A DNA stretch of 64,000 bases from Cyanobacteria bacterium M_surface_10_m1_298 (GCA_016882485.1 VGPT01000005.1:386-64385); one strand, 5' to 3'. Shown: positions 17,134 through 27,428, numbered from the stretch's first letter. Program-made: numbers and translations. The notes: a model not told the origin generated them from the letters alone.

Positions 17134-19857
17134 ATGACCATCAAAGCGTCACTGGTCAACTACAACCCAAACAGCAGCGACGACTTAGCGGTGGCCTTCA
17201 GTGTGCCGGTGACCCTCGGGCCCGGACGCATCACCTTGACCGAGGGCCAGGCCAGCTCCGGCACTTATTCAGGAACTGAACACACGGTTCAGGGCAATGT
17301 TAATGGCATGGTTGTCACCATCAACCCGCCTTTCGATCTCTTACCAGGCAAGGATTACATCCTTCGTTTTTATCAACAATCCATCTTTTCAGCCGTTGAT
17401 GGCAGCGACTTCAATGGGCAGTACTCCTCGAGAGGTTATTGGCTGACGGTCAACGGCATCCCCTCCCCCGGAGTGTCACCAGGCACGCCTCCACCACCTC
17501 TGCTGCCGCCCTCCTCCCCCGGAGTGTCACCAGGCACGCCTCCACCACCACTGCTGCCGCCCTCCTCCCCGATCAACAGCGGAGCGGCCAATTACAGGCT
17601 GGACATCATCAAGAACGCCGCCAATCCCCCGGATGGTCGAGCCGCCGTGGGGGACACCCTGATTGTGACCCTGGTGAGCACGGATCCCCAGGGGGTCTTT
17701 GGCGGTACCACCTACCAGTGGTCGGCGTCCCTGGACGGGGTCAACTGGCGACCCCTGGCCGGCAATGGCCCCAATTTGCAACTGACCAGCGCCGAAGCCA
17801 ATCAACTGATCCGTGCCAGCACCACCTACATCGATGGCGCCAGCTTCCCGGAGGCTGTGCTCACCGCATCCGTCGGCCCGGTGCGGCCAGCAAACCCCAC
17901 CGACCGGCCGGCCAGTGGGCAGCCCAGCATCCTCGGGAGCGGCACCGCGGGCAGTGAGCTGGTGGCCAGCGCCCAAGGCATCAACGAACCCGATGGGCTA
18001 GGCAGTGTCAGTTGGGAATGGCAACGCAGCGGCGATGGCTTCAACTGGACAGCCGCCGGCGGCGGAGATCGTTTCCGCGTGGGCCCGGCGGATGCCGGCC
18101 AGCTGGTGCGGGTGGTGGCCACCTACGTGGATGGTGCCGGCTTCCGCAACAGCCTCACGGCTGCACCACTGCGACTCAGCACCAGCGCCGGCCTGCCTGT
18201 GCTCCAGCCGGCCAACAGCAATCCACGGCTAGCCAGCGTGCGCGGCGCTGTGATCAGCCTCCAGTACGACATCGAACTCAGCGCCACCCTGCCCAGCCCC
18301 AGTCGGTTCCGGGTGAGCGTGGATGGGCGCAGCACCGACGTCTTGAGCACAGCGGTGTCGGCTGGGGACGGACTGATCAGCCTCACTCTGGCAGCGCCGG
18401 TGGCACCCATGGCTGCCGTGAGTGTCAGCTACACCGACCTGCAGGGGGAGCAAAGCAGCGGCTCCATCGAACAGAAGGGGGGGGTGGACCTCCCCTCCTT
18501 CAGTGATCTGAAGGTGACCAACGACCAAACCGACACCCAGCCTCCGGCTGTCGTGAGCGCCTCTGTGGCTGGCACCCAACTGGTGCTGGTGCTGGATGAA
18601 GCACTCAGCAAGGATCTTGCTCCCCCATCCCTGTTCACCGTGCGGGTGGATGGTCGGCCCCTGCCTGTCCGCACCCTAAGCAGCGAACCCAGCAGCGGCA
18701 GCGTCAGACTGACCCTGGGCACACCGGTGAGCTTCGGCCAGGTGGTGACCCTGGCCTACAAGGATCTCATCGGTAACCAGACTGCCGGCGTGATTCAAGA
18801 CCTGGCGGGGAACGACCTGGCCAGCTTCAGCGATCAGGCGGTGGAGAACCAGTCGTTCAATGTGGCGCCACTGGCTCCAACCACTGCCAGCGTGGACGGC
18901 CAGACCCTGCTGCTGCACTTCGACCGGGAGCTGGGCTCCACCCAGCCCTCGGCCGGTGCCTTCCGCGTGGAAGCGGACGGGCGCGTGGTGGCCATCAGCC
19001 GTGTGCAGGTGCTGCCAGGCGACCGCCAGGTGGCCCTGAGCCTGGCCCGCGCCGTCACCGATCAGCAACTGGTCACGGTGTCGTACACCGATCCGTCGGG
19101 GGATCAGCGCACCGGTGTTGTCGAAGACAGCCAGGGCAACGACATGGGCAGCCTGCTGAAGCGGGCCGTAAAAAACGACACGGCCGACACCAATCCCCTG
19201 CTGCTGGAGCGGGCGGAGCTTGACAACGACCAGGTGACCCTCACCTTCAACAAGGGCCTTGGTACCAGCCTGCCCTCCAGCAGCCGTTTCCAGCTGTTGG
19301 CCAATGGTCGCCTGCAACGAATCCGCTCCATCGAAGCCACCCCCGCCGATGGGGTGATCACCCTCAACCTGGCGGCGGCGGTGGCACCAGGGGTGCCGGT
19401 GCAACTCAGCTACAACGACCAGGCCGGTGATCAAGACCGGGGCGTGATCGAAGACGTAGCGGGCAACGACCTCACCAGCTTCAAGGGTCAGAACATCACC
19501 AACTTCGCCCTGGACAGCACGGCGCCCACGCTGATTGATGCCGATTGGGACGTTGATCAGATCACCCTCTATTTTGACGAACCCATCAAGGGCACCACCT
19601 TGAATGCCAGTGCTTTCAGCGTTCGCCTGGGTCGCCAGAGGCTGCGGGTGCGCAGCGCAGCGGTCACCGAGGGGGACACCGTGGTCAACCTCAAATTGAA
19701 TGCTCGCATCCCCGAGGGCGCCGAGCCTCTGGTGTCCTACAGCGATCCACGGGGGGACCAAACCCGTGCAGTGATCGAAGATCTGGCCGGAAATGATCTG
19801 GCCAGCCTGCGCGATTTCACGGTGATCCCACTCACCGACAACCAACCCCTGTCCTGA
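17134..19857 (+). CDS. SwmB-domain protein D: Ig-like (Big_5-like) head, Pro-rich linker, 2 Ig-like repeats, 5 SwmB-type domains
   Basis: ATG at 17134 (MTIKASLV) preferred over 17005. Head has VAFSVPVTLGPGRITL...TINPPFDLLPGKDYIL. Two G..VG.TL...D..G...YQW..S.DG..W...Y.DG repeats, then five SwmB repeats. Confidence 0.85.
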   Translation: MTIKASLVNYNPNSSDDLAVAFSVPVTLGPGRITLTEGQASSGTYSGTEHTVQGNVNGMVVTINPPFDLLPGKDYILRFYQQSIFSAVDGSDFNGQYSSRGYWLTVNGIPSPGVSPGTPPPPLLPPSSPGVSPGTPPPPLLPPSSPINSGAANYRLDIIKNAANPPDGRAAVGDTLIVTLVSTDPQGVFGGTTYQWSASLDGVNWRPLAGNGPNLQLTSAEANQLIRASTTYIDGASFPEAVLTASVGPVRPANPTDRPASGQPSILGSGTAGSELVASAQGINEPDGLGSVSWEWQRSGDGFNWTAAGGGDRFRVGPADAGQLVRVVATYVDGAGFRNSLTAAPLRLSTSAGLPVLQPANSNPRLASVRGAVISLQYDIELSATLPSPSRFRVSVDGRSTDVLSTAVSAGDGLISLTLAAPVAPMAAVSVSYTDLQGEQSSGSIEQKGGVDLPSFSDLKVTNDQTDTQPPAVVSASVAGTQLVLVLDEALSKDLAPPSLFTVRVDGRPLPVRTLSSEPSSGSVRLTLGTPVSFGQVVTLAYKDLIGNQTAGVIQDLAGNDLASFSDQAVENQSFNVAPLAPTTASVDGQTLLLHFDRELGSTQPSAGAFRVEADGRVVAISRVQVLPGDRQVALSLARAVTDQQLVTVSYTDPSGDQRTGVVEDSQGNDMGSLLKRAVKNDTADTNPLLLERAELDNDQVTLTFNKGLGTSLPSSSRFQLLANGRLQRIRSIEATPADGVITLNLAAAVAPGVPVQLSYNDQAGDQDRGVIEDVAGNDLTSFKGQNITNFALDSTAPTLIDADWDVDQITLYFDEPIKGTTLNASAFSVRLGRQRLRVRSAAVTEGDTVVNLKLNARIPEGAEPLVSYSDPRGDQTRAVIEDLAGNDLASLRDFTVIPLTDNQPLS
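17464..17565 (+). repeat. 51-bp coding direct repeat x2 (SPGVSPGTPPPPLLPPS)
   Basis: Two copies that differ at one position (cct/cca). Confidence 0.95.
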
Positions 19858-19868
19858 GGAACATCACC

Positions 19869-22800
19869 ATGCCCGCCCTTCAGCAATACGCCAACCGCAC
19901 CATCGGCATGGGGGATCGATCCAAATATGCCTGGGATTCCTGGACCCAGGACTGGGGACCCACGGGTGCACCTAATGCCTTCTACGGCCATTCCCGGAAT
20001 GCCTGGAAAACGGGCTACAGCTACGGAGACAAAAATCCGCAGACAGCAGACGATTATCTGATTGTTGGATTCTTAACCCCCGTTTACGCCAATGGCATTG
20101 AGGTTGTTGAATCCAATGGCAATGGATTCGTTACCAGTATCCAGCTCCTTGATGAGTACGGCACCTACAGAACCATCACCCCAACCGGCTTCAAAGACTA
20201 CACACCATGGGGATCGGTCAACACGCTGCGATTCAACTTCCCGTTAACAAGCTATCGGGTCACCGGGGTTCGCATCAATGTCGATGTAGACAGAGACAGC
20301 AGCTACGAGGCCATTGACGCCGTTCGCCTCAGCGGTGAGACCACCCTTAACGTGCCGGCAACCGGAGCCCCCAGCATCAGCGGTGCCATCCGGGAAGGCA
20401 GCTTTCTCACGGCCAACAGTGGTTCCATCAGCGACGCCAACGGCGTGGGGGCCATCCGCTTCGCCTGGCTGTCGTCCGCCAATGGCGGGATTACCTGGCA
20501 GGAGGTGGGCAGCGGCAGCAGTTTCACCATCCCCGTCCAGACGCTGCGGGGGCAGATCCTGAGGGTTTCAGCCAGCTTCACCGACGGAGCTGGCAACAGC
20601 GAACTGCTGTTCAGCAGCCCCACAGTGCCGATCACGGGCAACACCCCTCCCGGGGGCGTGCCCCTGGTGTTAGGCACCCCGAAAGTGGGTCAGGTGTTAA
20701 GCGCCGACGGCAGCGGCATCAGCGATGCGGACGGCATCGTGTCCCTCACCTACCGCTGGCAGGCCGCACCCGCAGGCTCCAACAGCTGGCAGGACATTCC
20801 AGCGGCCACCGGCAACACCTACACGATCGGTAGCGCCTATCAGGGTCAGACCCTGCGGGTTGCCGCCAGTGTCTTAGACGGCTTCGGTGCCGTGAGCACC
20901 CTCTACAGCTCCCCCACCGTTGCGGTAGTCACCAACAACAACCTGGTGGTGGGTGTACCGATGCTCAGCGGCAACCCCGTGGTCGGTCAAACCCTGCTGG
21001 CAGACGCCAGTGGCCTGAGTGACCCCGACGGGCTCGGCAGCTTCAACTGGAAATGGCAGAGCTCAACCTCCGGCAGCAACTGGGTCGACATCCCGGGAGC
21101 AACAGCCTCCAGCTATGGGCCCAGCCGGGCGGATCGCAACGCCCTGCTCCGGGCTGTGGTGACCTACGTCGATGGCCTGGGCAACGGTGAAAGCACCAGC
21201 AGTGCCCCCTCCGCGCCGGTGAGCCTCACCAACACCCCCATCAGCGGCGAGCCGGGCATCGTGGGAGTGGTGGCGGTGGGCAACCAGCTCAGTGTGAGCA
21301 CCAGCAGCCTCAGCGATGCCGATGGCCTATTTGGCGGGTTCAGCTACCAATGGGAGACCTCCAGCGATGGCCTCAGCTACCAGGCCATCCCTGGGGCCAC
21401 CGGCAGCACCTACCGGATCAGCAGCACCGATCAGGCCAAGCGGCTGCGGGTGAGCCTCAATCTCACCGATGGCGCCGGCTTCCAGGAGATGGCGGTGAGC
21501 CAGCCCACCGCCCCGGTGCCTCGCGTGAACCGTCCGGGTCTGGGCACCCCAAGCCTCAGCGGCAGTGCCAAAGTGGGGCAAACGCTGCAGGCCAGCCTCG
21601 GCTCCCTCAACGACGCCGACGGCATCGCCACCGTGAGCTACCAGTGGCAGTCAGCGCCCCCATTGCCAGGCATCGGCAATCGCCCAGGCACCTTCCAGGA
21701 TATTCCCGGCGCCACAGCGAACAGCTACACGCTCACCCGGGCCGATAAGGGCACCTTCCTGCAGGTGGTGGCCCGCTATGTCGACGCCTATGGCTTCAAC
21801 GAGGGTCCTTTCAACAGTGGCTCCACTGCCCTGGTTGGGCAGGACAATCAACCCCCCGTCGGCGGGCCCCAGATCCTCGGGGCAGCCAAGGTGGGCCAAA
21901 CCCTCACGGCGGATCTGGGCAACCTCAACGACCCGGACTCCTTAGGAGCGGTGACTTACCGCTGGCAATCCGCAGACCCCAACCAACGGGTGTTCAGCAC
22001 GGTGGGATCGGGTTTGTCCTACACCCTGAATCCACGGGATCTCGGCAGGGTGCTACGGCTCGAAGCCAGTTACACCGATGGGGCCGGCTTTGCCGAATTG
22101 GCCATGAGCCTGCCGACGGAGGTGGTGAGCCGCGACAACAATCTCCCCAGTGGAGCGCCCTTCATCACCGGCATCCCCGAGGTGGGCAAGCTGTTGCGTG
22201 CCGACAAGGGATCCCTCATCGACGCCGATGGTATCGGCTCCAGCTCACTCTTCTACACCTGGGAGTCCGCTGATCCGGACAGCCTGGTGTTCTCCGTCAT
22301 TCAGCGCACCGGCTCCAACCAATACCGGCTCAGCTCCAGCGATCTGGGCCAGGTGATCCGCGTCACCGTGGGCTACACCGACAACGCCGGCTTCCAGGAG
22401 ACGGTCAGTAGTGCGGAAACGACCCCTGTGGCACCGGTGCGGGTGCTGGTGAAGCCCCTGCTGGTCAGCGCCAGCGTTGAACAGGATCTGGTCCTGCTGC
22501 AGTTCAACACCGAACTGGCGGCCACCTCCCCCAACCCCGCAGCGTTCACCCTGCAGGCAGGCCGCAGCTTCCCCAGGGTGATCCAAACCGTGGTGAATGC
22601 CAGCGGCGGTTTCGTGAGCCTGCTGCTCGACCGCAGCATCACACCGCAGGAATCCCTCACCCTGTCCTATCTCGATCTCAGCGGTGATCAGACGGCGGCG
22701 GTACTGGAAAGTGCCGATGGTCTGGATGTGGAAAGCTTCCGCGCCTTCAAGGTCACCAACCTGGCCGCTGATGTCAGCGCACCGCAGGTGGTGGAGGCCA

Positions 22801-24080
22801 CAGCCAATGGCAAAGGGCTGATCCTGCAACTCAATGAGCAGTTGGATGCGGCCCTGCCGAGCACATCGGCCTTCAAGGTGCTCGTGGACCAACGCCCGGT
22901 GGCGGTGGTGAAGACCCGCATCGAGGCCGAAGCGGGGCAGGTGCAGCTTGACCTAGCCAGCGCCGTGGCGCCCGGCAGCACGGTAGCCATCAGCTACAGC
23001 GACCTCAATGGCGATCAGACCTCACGGGTCGTCCAGGATGCGGTCGGCAACGACCTGGAGAGCTTCAGCAACCTGCCGGTACGCAATGACAGCGTCGACC
23101 TCACCCCCTTGAGCACGGACAGGCTCAGCATCGACGGCGACAGTCTCACACTCCTGTTCAACAAGGACATTGCAGCGACGATGCCCGCCATGACGGCATT
23201 CCGTGTGGACATCAATGGCACCAACAGCAAGGTGAAGCGCGTGTTCACCGATCCGGCCAGCCGATCGGTGCTGCTCACGCTCGATCGGATGGCCGCAGCC
23301 GGTGATCAAGTGACCTTGAGCTACACCGATGCCGACGGCGATCAAACCCGAGGCGTAATTGAAGACAGTAACGGTAACGACCTCAGCAGCCTGGTGAAAC
23401 AACCCGTGGCCAACCAGACCATCGATCGCACCCCCCTGGCCCTGGAACGCGCGGAAGTGGAAGCCACACGGGTCGACCTGTTCTTCAACAAAGCCCTGAG
23501 CGATGCTATCCCGAACCTAAATCGTTTCAGACTGCAGGACGGCACCCGCAAACTCAACCTCAAAGGGGTTCAGACCAACGCCAGGGATGGTCAGGTGACC
23601 TTGCAACTAGCCACCACCCTGCAGGCCGGTGGGGCACTGCAACTGAGTTATACCGATTTGTCAGGGGACCAAAAGTCAGGGGTGATCGAGGACCTCTCCG
23701 GTAACGACTGGGGTAGCCAGGAAGGCATCAACCTCAGCAACTACATTCAAGATGAGGAGGCGCCAAACCTAATCGATGCTGTGCTCGACGGACGCGAAAT
23801 CAGCGTTCAGTTCGATGAGTTGATTCAACCCGGCAGCGTCAAACCCAGCTTGTTCAGCCTCAGTGCCGCGGGTCGGCGCATCAAGGTGTTGAAGGCGGAG
23901 GTGGCCGATGACGACACCGTTGTGGTGCTTCAGCTGGCCTCCACCCCAAGGCCAGACGCGTTACCGATCCTGCTCAGCTACAACGACCCGAAAGCCGATC
24001 AGACGAATGGTGTCATCCAGGATCTGAGCGGCAATGATCTGGCGTCGCTGCGCAACGCCCTTGTAGATGCCATCATCTGA
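19869..24080 (+). CDS. SwmB-domain protein E: discoidin-like beta-sandwich head, 7 Ig-like repeats, 5 SwmB-type domains
   Basis: Head contains VGFLTPVYANGIEVVES...YEAIDAVRLSG. Seven ~97-aa repeats (P.G.P.i.G...VGq.L......D.DG.....y.Wqs......Y.l...D.g..lrv...Y.Dg.Gf.E). Five SwmB repeats. GAGGA RBS upstream. Confidence 0.85.
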   Translation: MPALQQYANRTIGMGDRSKYAWDSWTQDWGPTGAPNAFYGHSRNAWKTGYSYGDKNPQTADDYLIVGFLTPVYANGIEVVESNGNGFVTSIQLLDEYGTYRTITPTGFKDYTPWGSVNTLRFNFPLTSYRVTGVRINVDVDRDSSYEAIDAVRLSGETTLNVPATGAPSISGAIREGSFLTANSGSISDANGVGAIRFAWLSSANGGITWQEVGSGSSFTIPVQTLRGQILRVSASFTDGAGNSELLFSSPTVPITGNTPPGGVPLVLGTPKVGQVLSADGSGISDADGIVSLTYRWQAAPAGSNSWQDIPAATGNTYTIGSAYQGQTLRVAASVLDGFGAVSTLYSSPTVAVVTNNNLVVGVPMLSGNPVVGQTLLADASGLSDPDGLGSFNWKWQSSTSGSNWVDIPGATASSYGPSRADRNALLRAVVTYVDGLGNGESTSSAPSAPVSLTNTPISGEPGIVGVVAVGNQLSVSTSSLSDADGLFGGFSYQWETSSDGLSYQAIPGATGSTYRISSTDQAKRLRVSLNLTDGAGFQEMAVSQPTAPVPRVNRPGLGTPSLSGSAKVGQTLQASLGSLNDADGIATVSYQWQSAPPLPGIGNRPGTFQDIPGATANSYTLTRADKGTFLQVVARYVDAYGFNEGPFNSGSTALVGQDNQPPVGGPQILGAAKVGQTLTADLGNLNDPDSLGAVTYRWQSADPNQRVFSTVGSGLSYTLNPRDLGRVLRLEASYTDGAGFAELAMSLPTEVVSRDNNLPSGAPFITGIPEVGKLLRADKGSLIDADGIGSSSLFYTWESADPDSLVFSVIQRTGSNQYRLSSSDLGQVIRVTVGYTDNAGFQETVSSAETTPVAPVRVLVKPLLVSASVEQDLVLLQFNTELAATSPNPAAFTLQAGRSFPRVIQTVVNASGGFVSLLLDRSITPQESLTLSYLDLSGDQTAAVLESADGLDVESFRAFKVTNLAADVSAPQVVEATANGKGLILQLNEQLDAALPSTSAFKVLVDQRPVAVVKTRIEAEAGQVQLDLASAVAPGSTVAISYSDLNGDQTSRVVQDAVGNDLESFSNLPVRNDSVDLTPLSTDRLSIDGDSLTLLFNKDIAATMPAMTAFRVDINGTNSKVKRVFTDPASRSVLLTLDRMAAAGDQVTLSYTDADGDQTRGVIEDSNGNDLSSLVKQPVANQTIDRTPLALERAEVEATRVDLFFNKALSDAIPNLNRFRLQDGTRKLNLKGVQTNARDGQVTLQLATTLQAGGALQLSYTDLSGDQKSGVIEDLSGNDWGSQEGINLSNYIQDEEAPNLIDAVLDGREISVQFDELIQPGSVKPSLFSLSAAGRRIKVLKAEVADDDTVVVLQLASTPRPDALPILLSYNDPKADQTNGVIQDLSGNDLASLRNALVDAII

Positions 24081-24089
24081 GCCCATCAC

Positions 24090-26222
24090 TTGAGCAGCAA
24101 GCCCAACATCCTGCTGATCGGCACAGACGATCTGATCAACATCGTCCGTTTCCGTGATGCCTTTGGCGTTGAACTCATCACGCCCAACATCGATCGCTTG
24201 ATCGGCTCAAGCGCGTTGTTCAGCAACGCCTACGCCACCACACCCCTCTGCAACCCGTCACGAACCGCCCTCTTCACAGGCAAGAGCAGCTTCAGAACCG
24301 GCATCTTCAGCAATCTTGACCCCTCAGGCCTTGAAGCGGTTCCGCTGGAGGAAAACCTCGTTAGCCGTTTCAGAGATAACGGCTACTACGCCGTTGGCAT
24401 TGGCAAAAGCGTGGACACCACCTCAAGCCCACTGCTCCATCAGCTGTTTGACCACTATCAGGAAGTGGAAGGGTGGTGGAACTCCGACAACGAATTGGAT
24501 GACCCCAAAAGCGTGGTCGGTCTGCCTCCGGTGACCAGCGAGCGCATGGCGGACACAAACGTCGCCACCTGGAGCCGCAACTTTCTCAAGTCATACCAGA
24601 AACAGCAACCCTTTTTTCTTTCGCTTGGGTTTCGGGCCCCGCATTTGCCGTGGAAGGTGCCGCAGGAGTTCTACGACCTCTACGAACCGAGCAACATCAT
24701 CGATCCTTACAGTCGAGCCGGCCAAACCAGTCAACCCACCGCATTTTTCAAGCAGTTCCTCACCCGATCTGAACGCGTTCATACCGCCATTCAGGCGGAC
24801 CAAAGCTGGAGAAGCTTGATTCACGGCTACATGGCAGCCGTGTCCTACGTAGACTCCCTGGTGGGTCTTGTGCTCGACGGCCTGGACAACAGTCTCTATG
24901 GAGACAACACCGTTGTGGTGTTGTGGAGCGATCACGGCTATCACCTCGGTGACCATGACCACTGGGGAAAGTTCACCCTTTGGGAAGCTGGCAACAATAT
25001 TCCCCTGGTGATCCGTGATCCACGCCTCAAGGCGAGCGCAGGCACGCAGATCACAACGCCCACAAGCCTGCTGGATATTTTCCCCACCCTGCTGGGGCTC
25101 AGCGATCTCCCACCCTTGTATGGACTGCAGGGGAGAGACCTCAGCGGCCTGCTCAAAAGGACAGAAACCAGCCTCAGGCGACCAGGTGTGATCTCCCATG
25201 TGAACGGGAGTGTTTCCCTACGCACCGAACATTACCGTCTCACCGTCTACAACAACGGCGAGCTGGAGCTCTACGACTGTCGCAATGACCCCTTCAATCT
25301 CAGCAATCTGAGTCAAGACCCCTTGCAGGTCAACACCCTGCAAGATCTGATGCGTCGCCTCAAGATATCCGCACTCGACCTCGGCATGTACATCTGTGAG
25401 CCCGGGCAAACGGTGCTGGGCGGCAGTGAAGATGAGGTTTTTATCTTGCCATCCAAAGCCGCTGGCATGGGGAGACTTGGAGACGACACGTATCACATTA
25501 TTTCCGATAGCAAGCCTGTTGAGTTACTTGACCAAGGCTATGACAAGATCATGCTAACGGCCACTGGCGACTTTAATATTCCAGATCACATCGAGGAACT
25601 CATTGTAACCAAAGGGGGTAAGGATTTGGCTTTCCGCGGCAACGACAGGGACAACCGCATCATCCTCAACAACTACTACGGCGCCAAGGTCTGGGGTCAG
25701 GGCGGCAACGACTACCTGCAAGGTGCTTCAAGTCGATCCTATTTGTATGGCGATGATGGCAACGACATTCTCATCGGCAAAAACAGTAAGGATGATCTCT
25801 TCGGCGGGGATGGCGATGACATCCTGATCGGCGGCGGTGGCCCCGATCAACTGTGGGGGAACGGGGGCAATGACCGCTTCACGCTCGAGGATTACAAGGA
25901 CTCCAACCTGGAAAAATACGATCGCATCGAGGATTTCGGAGAAGGCAACGATGTCATTGACATCCCAGGCGATCGGCCCTTCAGCCTCTCCACACTCAAC
26001 CCATACCCCAGTGGATTTCTCAAAAATCTTACACGGGTAGGCATCAGTCGCATCATGGAAACCCTTCCCAGCTACGGTGCAGGCACCATCACCTTAGAGG
26101 GCAGCACAGACACCATTGTGGTGATCAATGGCGAAACCGCAGGCTTTCAACCTGGCGAAGATGCAATCATTAGGCTCAAGAATTTCGGCATCAGCGAAAG
26201 CCGCTCAATCACATTTATCTAA
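24090..26222 (+). CDS. Sulfatase (iduronate/choline-sulfatase-like) with a C-terminal RTX/T1SS tail
   Basis: PNILLIGTDD, formylglycine motif CNPSRTALFTG, GFRAPHLPW, WSDHGYHLG..WGK. Tail has GQGGNDYL, GDDGNDIL, GGDGDDIL, GGGGPDQL, GNGGNDRF, YDRIEDF and GEDAIIRL. TTG start. Confidence 0.88.
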   Translation: MSSKPNILLIGTDDLINIVRFRDAFGVELITPNIDRLIGSSALFSNAYATTPLCNPSRTALFTGKSSFRTGIFSNLDPSGLEAVPLEENLVSRFRDNGYYAVGIGKSVDTTSSPLLHQLFDHYQEVEGWWNSDNELDDPKSVVGLPPVTSERMADTNVATWSRNFLKSYQKQQPFFLSLGFRAPHLPWKVPQEFYDLYEPSNIIDPYSRAGQTSQPTAFFKQFLTRSERVHTAIQADQSWRSLIHGYMAAVSYVDSLVGLVLDGLDNSLYGDNTVVVLWSDHGYHLGDHDHWGKFTLWEAGNNIPLVIRDPRLKASAGTQITTPTSLLDIFPTLLGLSDLPPLYGLQGRDLSGLLKRTETSLRRPGVISHVNGSVSLRTEHYRLTVYNNGELELYDCRNDPFNLSNLSQDPLQVNTLQDLMRRLKISALDLGMYICEPGQTVLGGSEDEVFILPSKAAGMGRLGDDTYHIISDSKPVELLDQGYDKIMLTATGDFNIPDHIEELIVTKGGKDLAFRGNDRDNRIILNNYYGAKVWGQGGNDYLQGASSRSYLYGDDGNDILIGKNSKDDLFGGDGDDILIGGGGPDQLWGNGGNDRFTLEDYKDSNLEKYDRIEDFGEGNDVIDIPGDRPFSLSTLNPYPSGFLKNLTRVGISRIMETLPSYGAGTITLEGSTDTIVVINGETAGFQPGEDAIIRLKNFGISESRSITFI

Positions 26223-26252
26223 TGCTCTTCACTTTAAAGCAGTTGACTAGAA

Positions 26253-27428
26253 TTAAATCTGCCTCAGGGAATCGGCCTTGTTCTTGAAGTCACTGAGCAG
26301 CAGCTGAAGATAGGTTACCTTCCGGAGCTTGATGTTTGCGGTTAGTGACATGCCGACCTGAAGTGGCAAGCGCTGTCCAGATTTAAGCTTCAATTGCTGT
26401 TCATTCAATCGAATATCGACGGGGAATCGATAGGTCTGGTGCATTTGATCTGGAGGGAGAGCATCAGAACCGATCTTGCGCACTAAACCAGTGAGCACAC
26501 CAAAGTCGGTGGCTGGGAACGAATCAATGCTGATGTCTGCAGGCTTGTTCAAGCGGACAAAGCCGATATCGCTGCTGGCCACCTCAACACGGGCCTCTAG
26601 CTTGTCATAGGGAACAATGCGGAGGACGGGTTCACTGGTTTGCGCAACAAAACCCTTCCCGGTTGGTTTGAGATCGAAAACAAGCCCGTTCACAGGGGAT
26701 TTGATCACCTGATAGCGCAGGCTAGTTTCAGCCTCACTCAGCCGGCTGCGGAGGTCAGCCAGCTCGGATTGAAGCTGCTCGAGACCTTGAAACAAAATCG
26801 CCTCCTGCCGGCGGCGATCCGCCATGGATTGCTTGAGTTGTGATTCCACCTGCTGGGCCTTGTTGCGCTGCTGAAGGAATTGAAGGTCGGGTACGGCACC
26901 CTCACGCTGCAGGCTGGCCAGGCGATTGGCGATGTCACGTTCCAAGGCCAAAGACTGCACAAGCGAGCGCTGTTCAGTCGAATTGAGATCGCGATAGCGC
27001 TCAAGTTCATTGCGTTTATGGGCAATCTGGTCCTGCTTGTAAGCCAGAGCTTTAACAAGGCTGAAGCGGCGGTCAGCACTGGTGTCGCTCTCCAAGCGCA
27101 GTAACACCTGCCCTGCTTTAACCCTGTCGCCCTCCTTCACGAGCATGTCTTCCACCACACCGCCAAGCGGGAGTCGCACTTCCTTGACGGAGTCAATAGG
27201 TTCAAGTTTTCCCGGAGCCACCACGATTTCCTCGGTGCGAGCCAAGGCCAGCCAGCCCACTCCGAAGGCCGTGCAACCGATCAAACTCCAGGTGATGGCC
27301 CTGGCCCAGCTATGGGATTGGCGCAGCACAACGCTGTCGCTGTCGCTATGAACAGCACGCTCCAACAAATTTTGGGCACGGCGAAACCATTGCAAAGGAG
27401 AACGCATCGACACAGGGGGAAATGCCAT
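26253..27428 (-). CDS. HlyD-family membrane fusion protein (T1SS)
   Basis: One N-terminal TM helix, EEIVVAPGKLEP, VKEGDRVKAGQVL, coiled coil, IKSPVNGLVFD, DIGFV, FPATDFG, GMSLTANIK. Alternative start at 27407. Confidence 0.93.
   Translation of the reverse strand: MAFPPVSMRSPLQWFRRAQNLLERAVHSDSDSVVLRQSHSWARAITWSLIGCTAFGVGWLALARTEEIVVAPGKLEPIDSVKEVRLPLGGVVEDMLVKEGDRVKAGQVLLRLESDTSADRRFSLVKALAYKQDQIAHKRNELERYRDLNSTEQRSLVQSLALERDIANRLASLQREGAVPDLQFLQQRNKAQQVESQLKQSMADRRRQEAILFQGLEQLQSELADLRSRLSEAETSLRYQVIKSPVNGLVFDLKPTGKGFVAQTSEPVLRIVPYDKLEARVEVASSDIGFVRLNKPADISIDSFPATDFGVLTGLVRKIGSDALPPDQMHQTYRFPVDIRLNEQQLKLKSGQRLPLQVGMSLTANIKLRKVTYLQLLLSDFKNKADSLRQI

Noticed and set aside
6136-19845. Long minus-strand ORFs (6136..7290, 8006..10030, 11299..12378, 13648..15237, 18676..19845), some similar to each other
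   Set aside because: They lie opposite motif-bearing genes. Their mutual similarity only mirrors the SwmB repeats on the other strand.
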